Shown one piece after another: positions 63,150-64,000 of a stretch of 64,000 bases of DNA. Where the stretch lies: the NCBI RefSeq assembly GCF_009914755.1, contig NC_060947.1, one strand, 5' to 3'. The translations under genes and the position numbers were made by a program. Origin of the DNA: the human T2T-CHM13v2.0 reference genome, Homo sapiens. The first letter of the stretch is position 1, and the number at the start of each line of letters is the position of its first letter. The notes below the pieces were generated by a model. It did not search any database, was not told where the DNA came from, and worked only from the letters and a program-made list of their open reading frames with translations.

Positions 63150-63433
63150 TTTTTTTTTTTGAGACGGAGTTTCACTCTTGTTGCCCAGGATGGAGTGCAA
63201 TCTCCAGGTGCGATCTCAGCTCACTGCAACCTCCGCCTCCCAGGTTCAATGGATCCTGCCTCAGCCTCCCGTGTAGCTGGGGTTATAGGCATGTGCCACC
63301 ACGCCCAGCTAATTTTGTATTTTTTAGTAGAGACAAGTTTCACCATGTAGACCAGGCTAGTCTCCAAGTCCTGACCTCAGGTGATTTGCCCGCCTTGGCC
63401 TCTCAAAGTGCTGGGATTACAGGCATGAGCCAC
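63150..63433 (-). mobile_element. Alu (AluSp/Sq-like), slightly 5'-clipped
   Basis: Antisense dimer ending at gagccac; no evident TSD. Confidence 0.9.
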
Positions 63434-63439
63434 ATTGAG

Positions 63440-63690
63440 AAGAAGAGAGTATCATACAAAGATGTGATGTTGGAATAAGAGTAAGGGAAATGCAAGGCAA
63501 GTGACTTGATTCATTGGCTTTAAATACGGATAAACGAGATGATGTACCAAAGAATGTGGGCAGACTTTAGAGCTAGAGAAGGCAAAGAGACAGATTTTTC
63601 CCTTAGGGCCTCAATACCACCCTGCTGATACATTGATTTTAGTTCAATGATACCCATGTCAGACTTCTGACTTACAGACCTGTAAGATAA
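63440..63690 (+). mobile_element. MLT1-type LTR fragment
   Basis: 'agctagagaaggcaaagagacagattttccc...agacttctgacttacagacctgtaagataa'. Confidence 0.65.
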
Positions 63691-63699
63691 TTTTGGGGG

Positions 63700-64000
63700 A
63701 TTTTTTGTTTTTGTTTTTATTTCAGTACTTTCTGGGGTAATTGGTGGTTTTTAGTTACATGGATAAGTTCTTTACTGATGATTTCTGAGATTTTGGTGCA
63801 CTCATTACTTGAACAGTGTACACTTGAACAGTCTACCCAGTGCATAGTCTTTTATCCCTGAGTATCTCCCCACCATTCCTCCTGAGTCCCCAAAGTTTAT
63901 TACCTCATTCTTACGCCATTGCATCTTCATAGCTTAGATCCCACTTATAAGTGAGAACATACAATATTTGGTTTTTTATTCCTGAGTTATTTCACTTGAA
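63700..64000 (-). mobile_element. L1PB 3' end (runs off the window)
   Basis: 'ttacatggataagttcttt...gatttctgagattttggtgca...cccacttataagtgagaacata'. Confidence 0.85.

Overview
Primate (human-like) genomic DNA. It is AT-rich, CpG-depleted and dominated by transposable elements, consistent with an intron or intergenic region. I recognise no intact protein-coding gene, RNA gene or CRISPR array, and most ORFs in the track are Alu, L1 or LTR noise. Main structures: (1) a near full-length Tigger1 DNA transposon (1683-4002, -) inserted in a MIR; (2) a complete MER61 ERV1 provirus (20582-30548, -) containing a complete THE1C element and several Alus; (3) a complete MER41-family provirus (39006-44147, +) with a duplicated PBS leader, decayed gag, an in-frame pro/IN deletion junction, decayed env and a GAS motif in each LTR; (4) many L1 fragments, almost all on the minus strand, plus MIR, L2, MLT/MST and MER elements. 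Best leads: four minus-strand splice-bounded segments in unique DNA that can be chained into an 82-aa ORF with weak RGS-box-like motifs (speculative); a composite Alu insertion with about 120 bp of captured DNA inside one TSD (61773-62482); and a possible very old RTE-clade reverse transcriptase remnant near 32 kb. Subfamily names come from remembered consensus sequences, and boundaries of ancient repeats are approximate.
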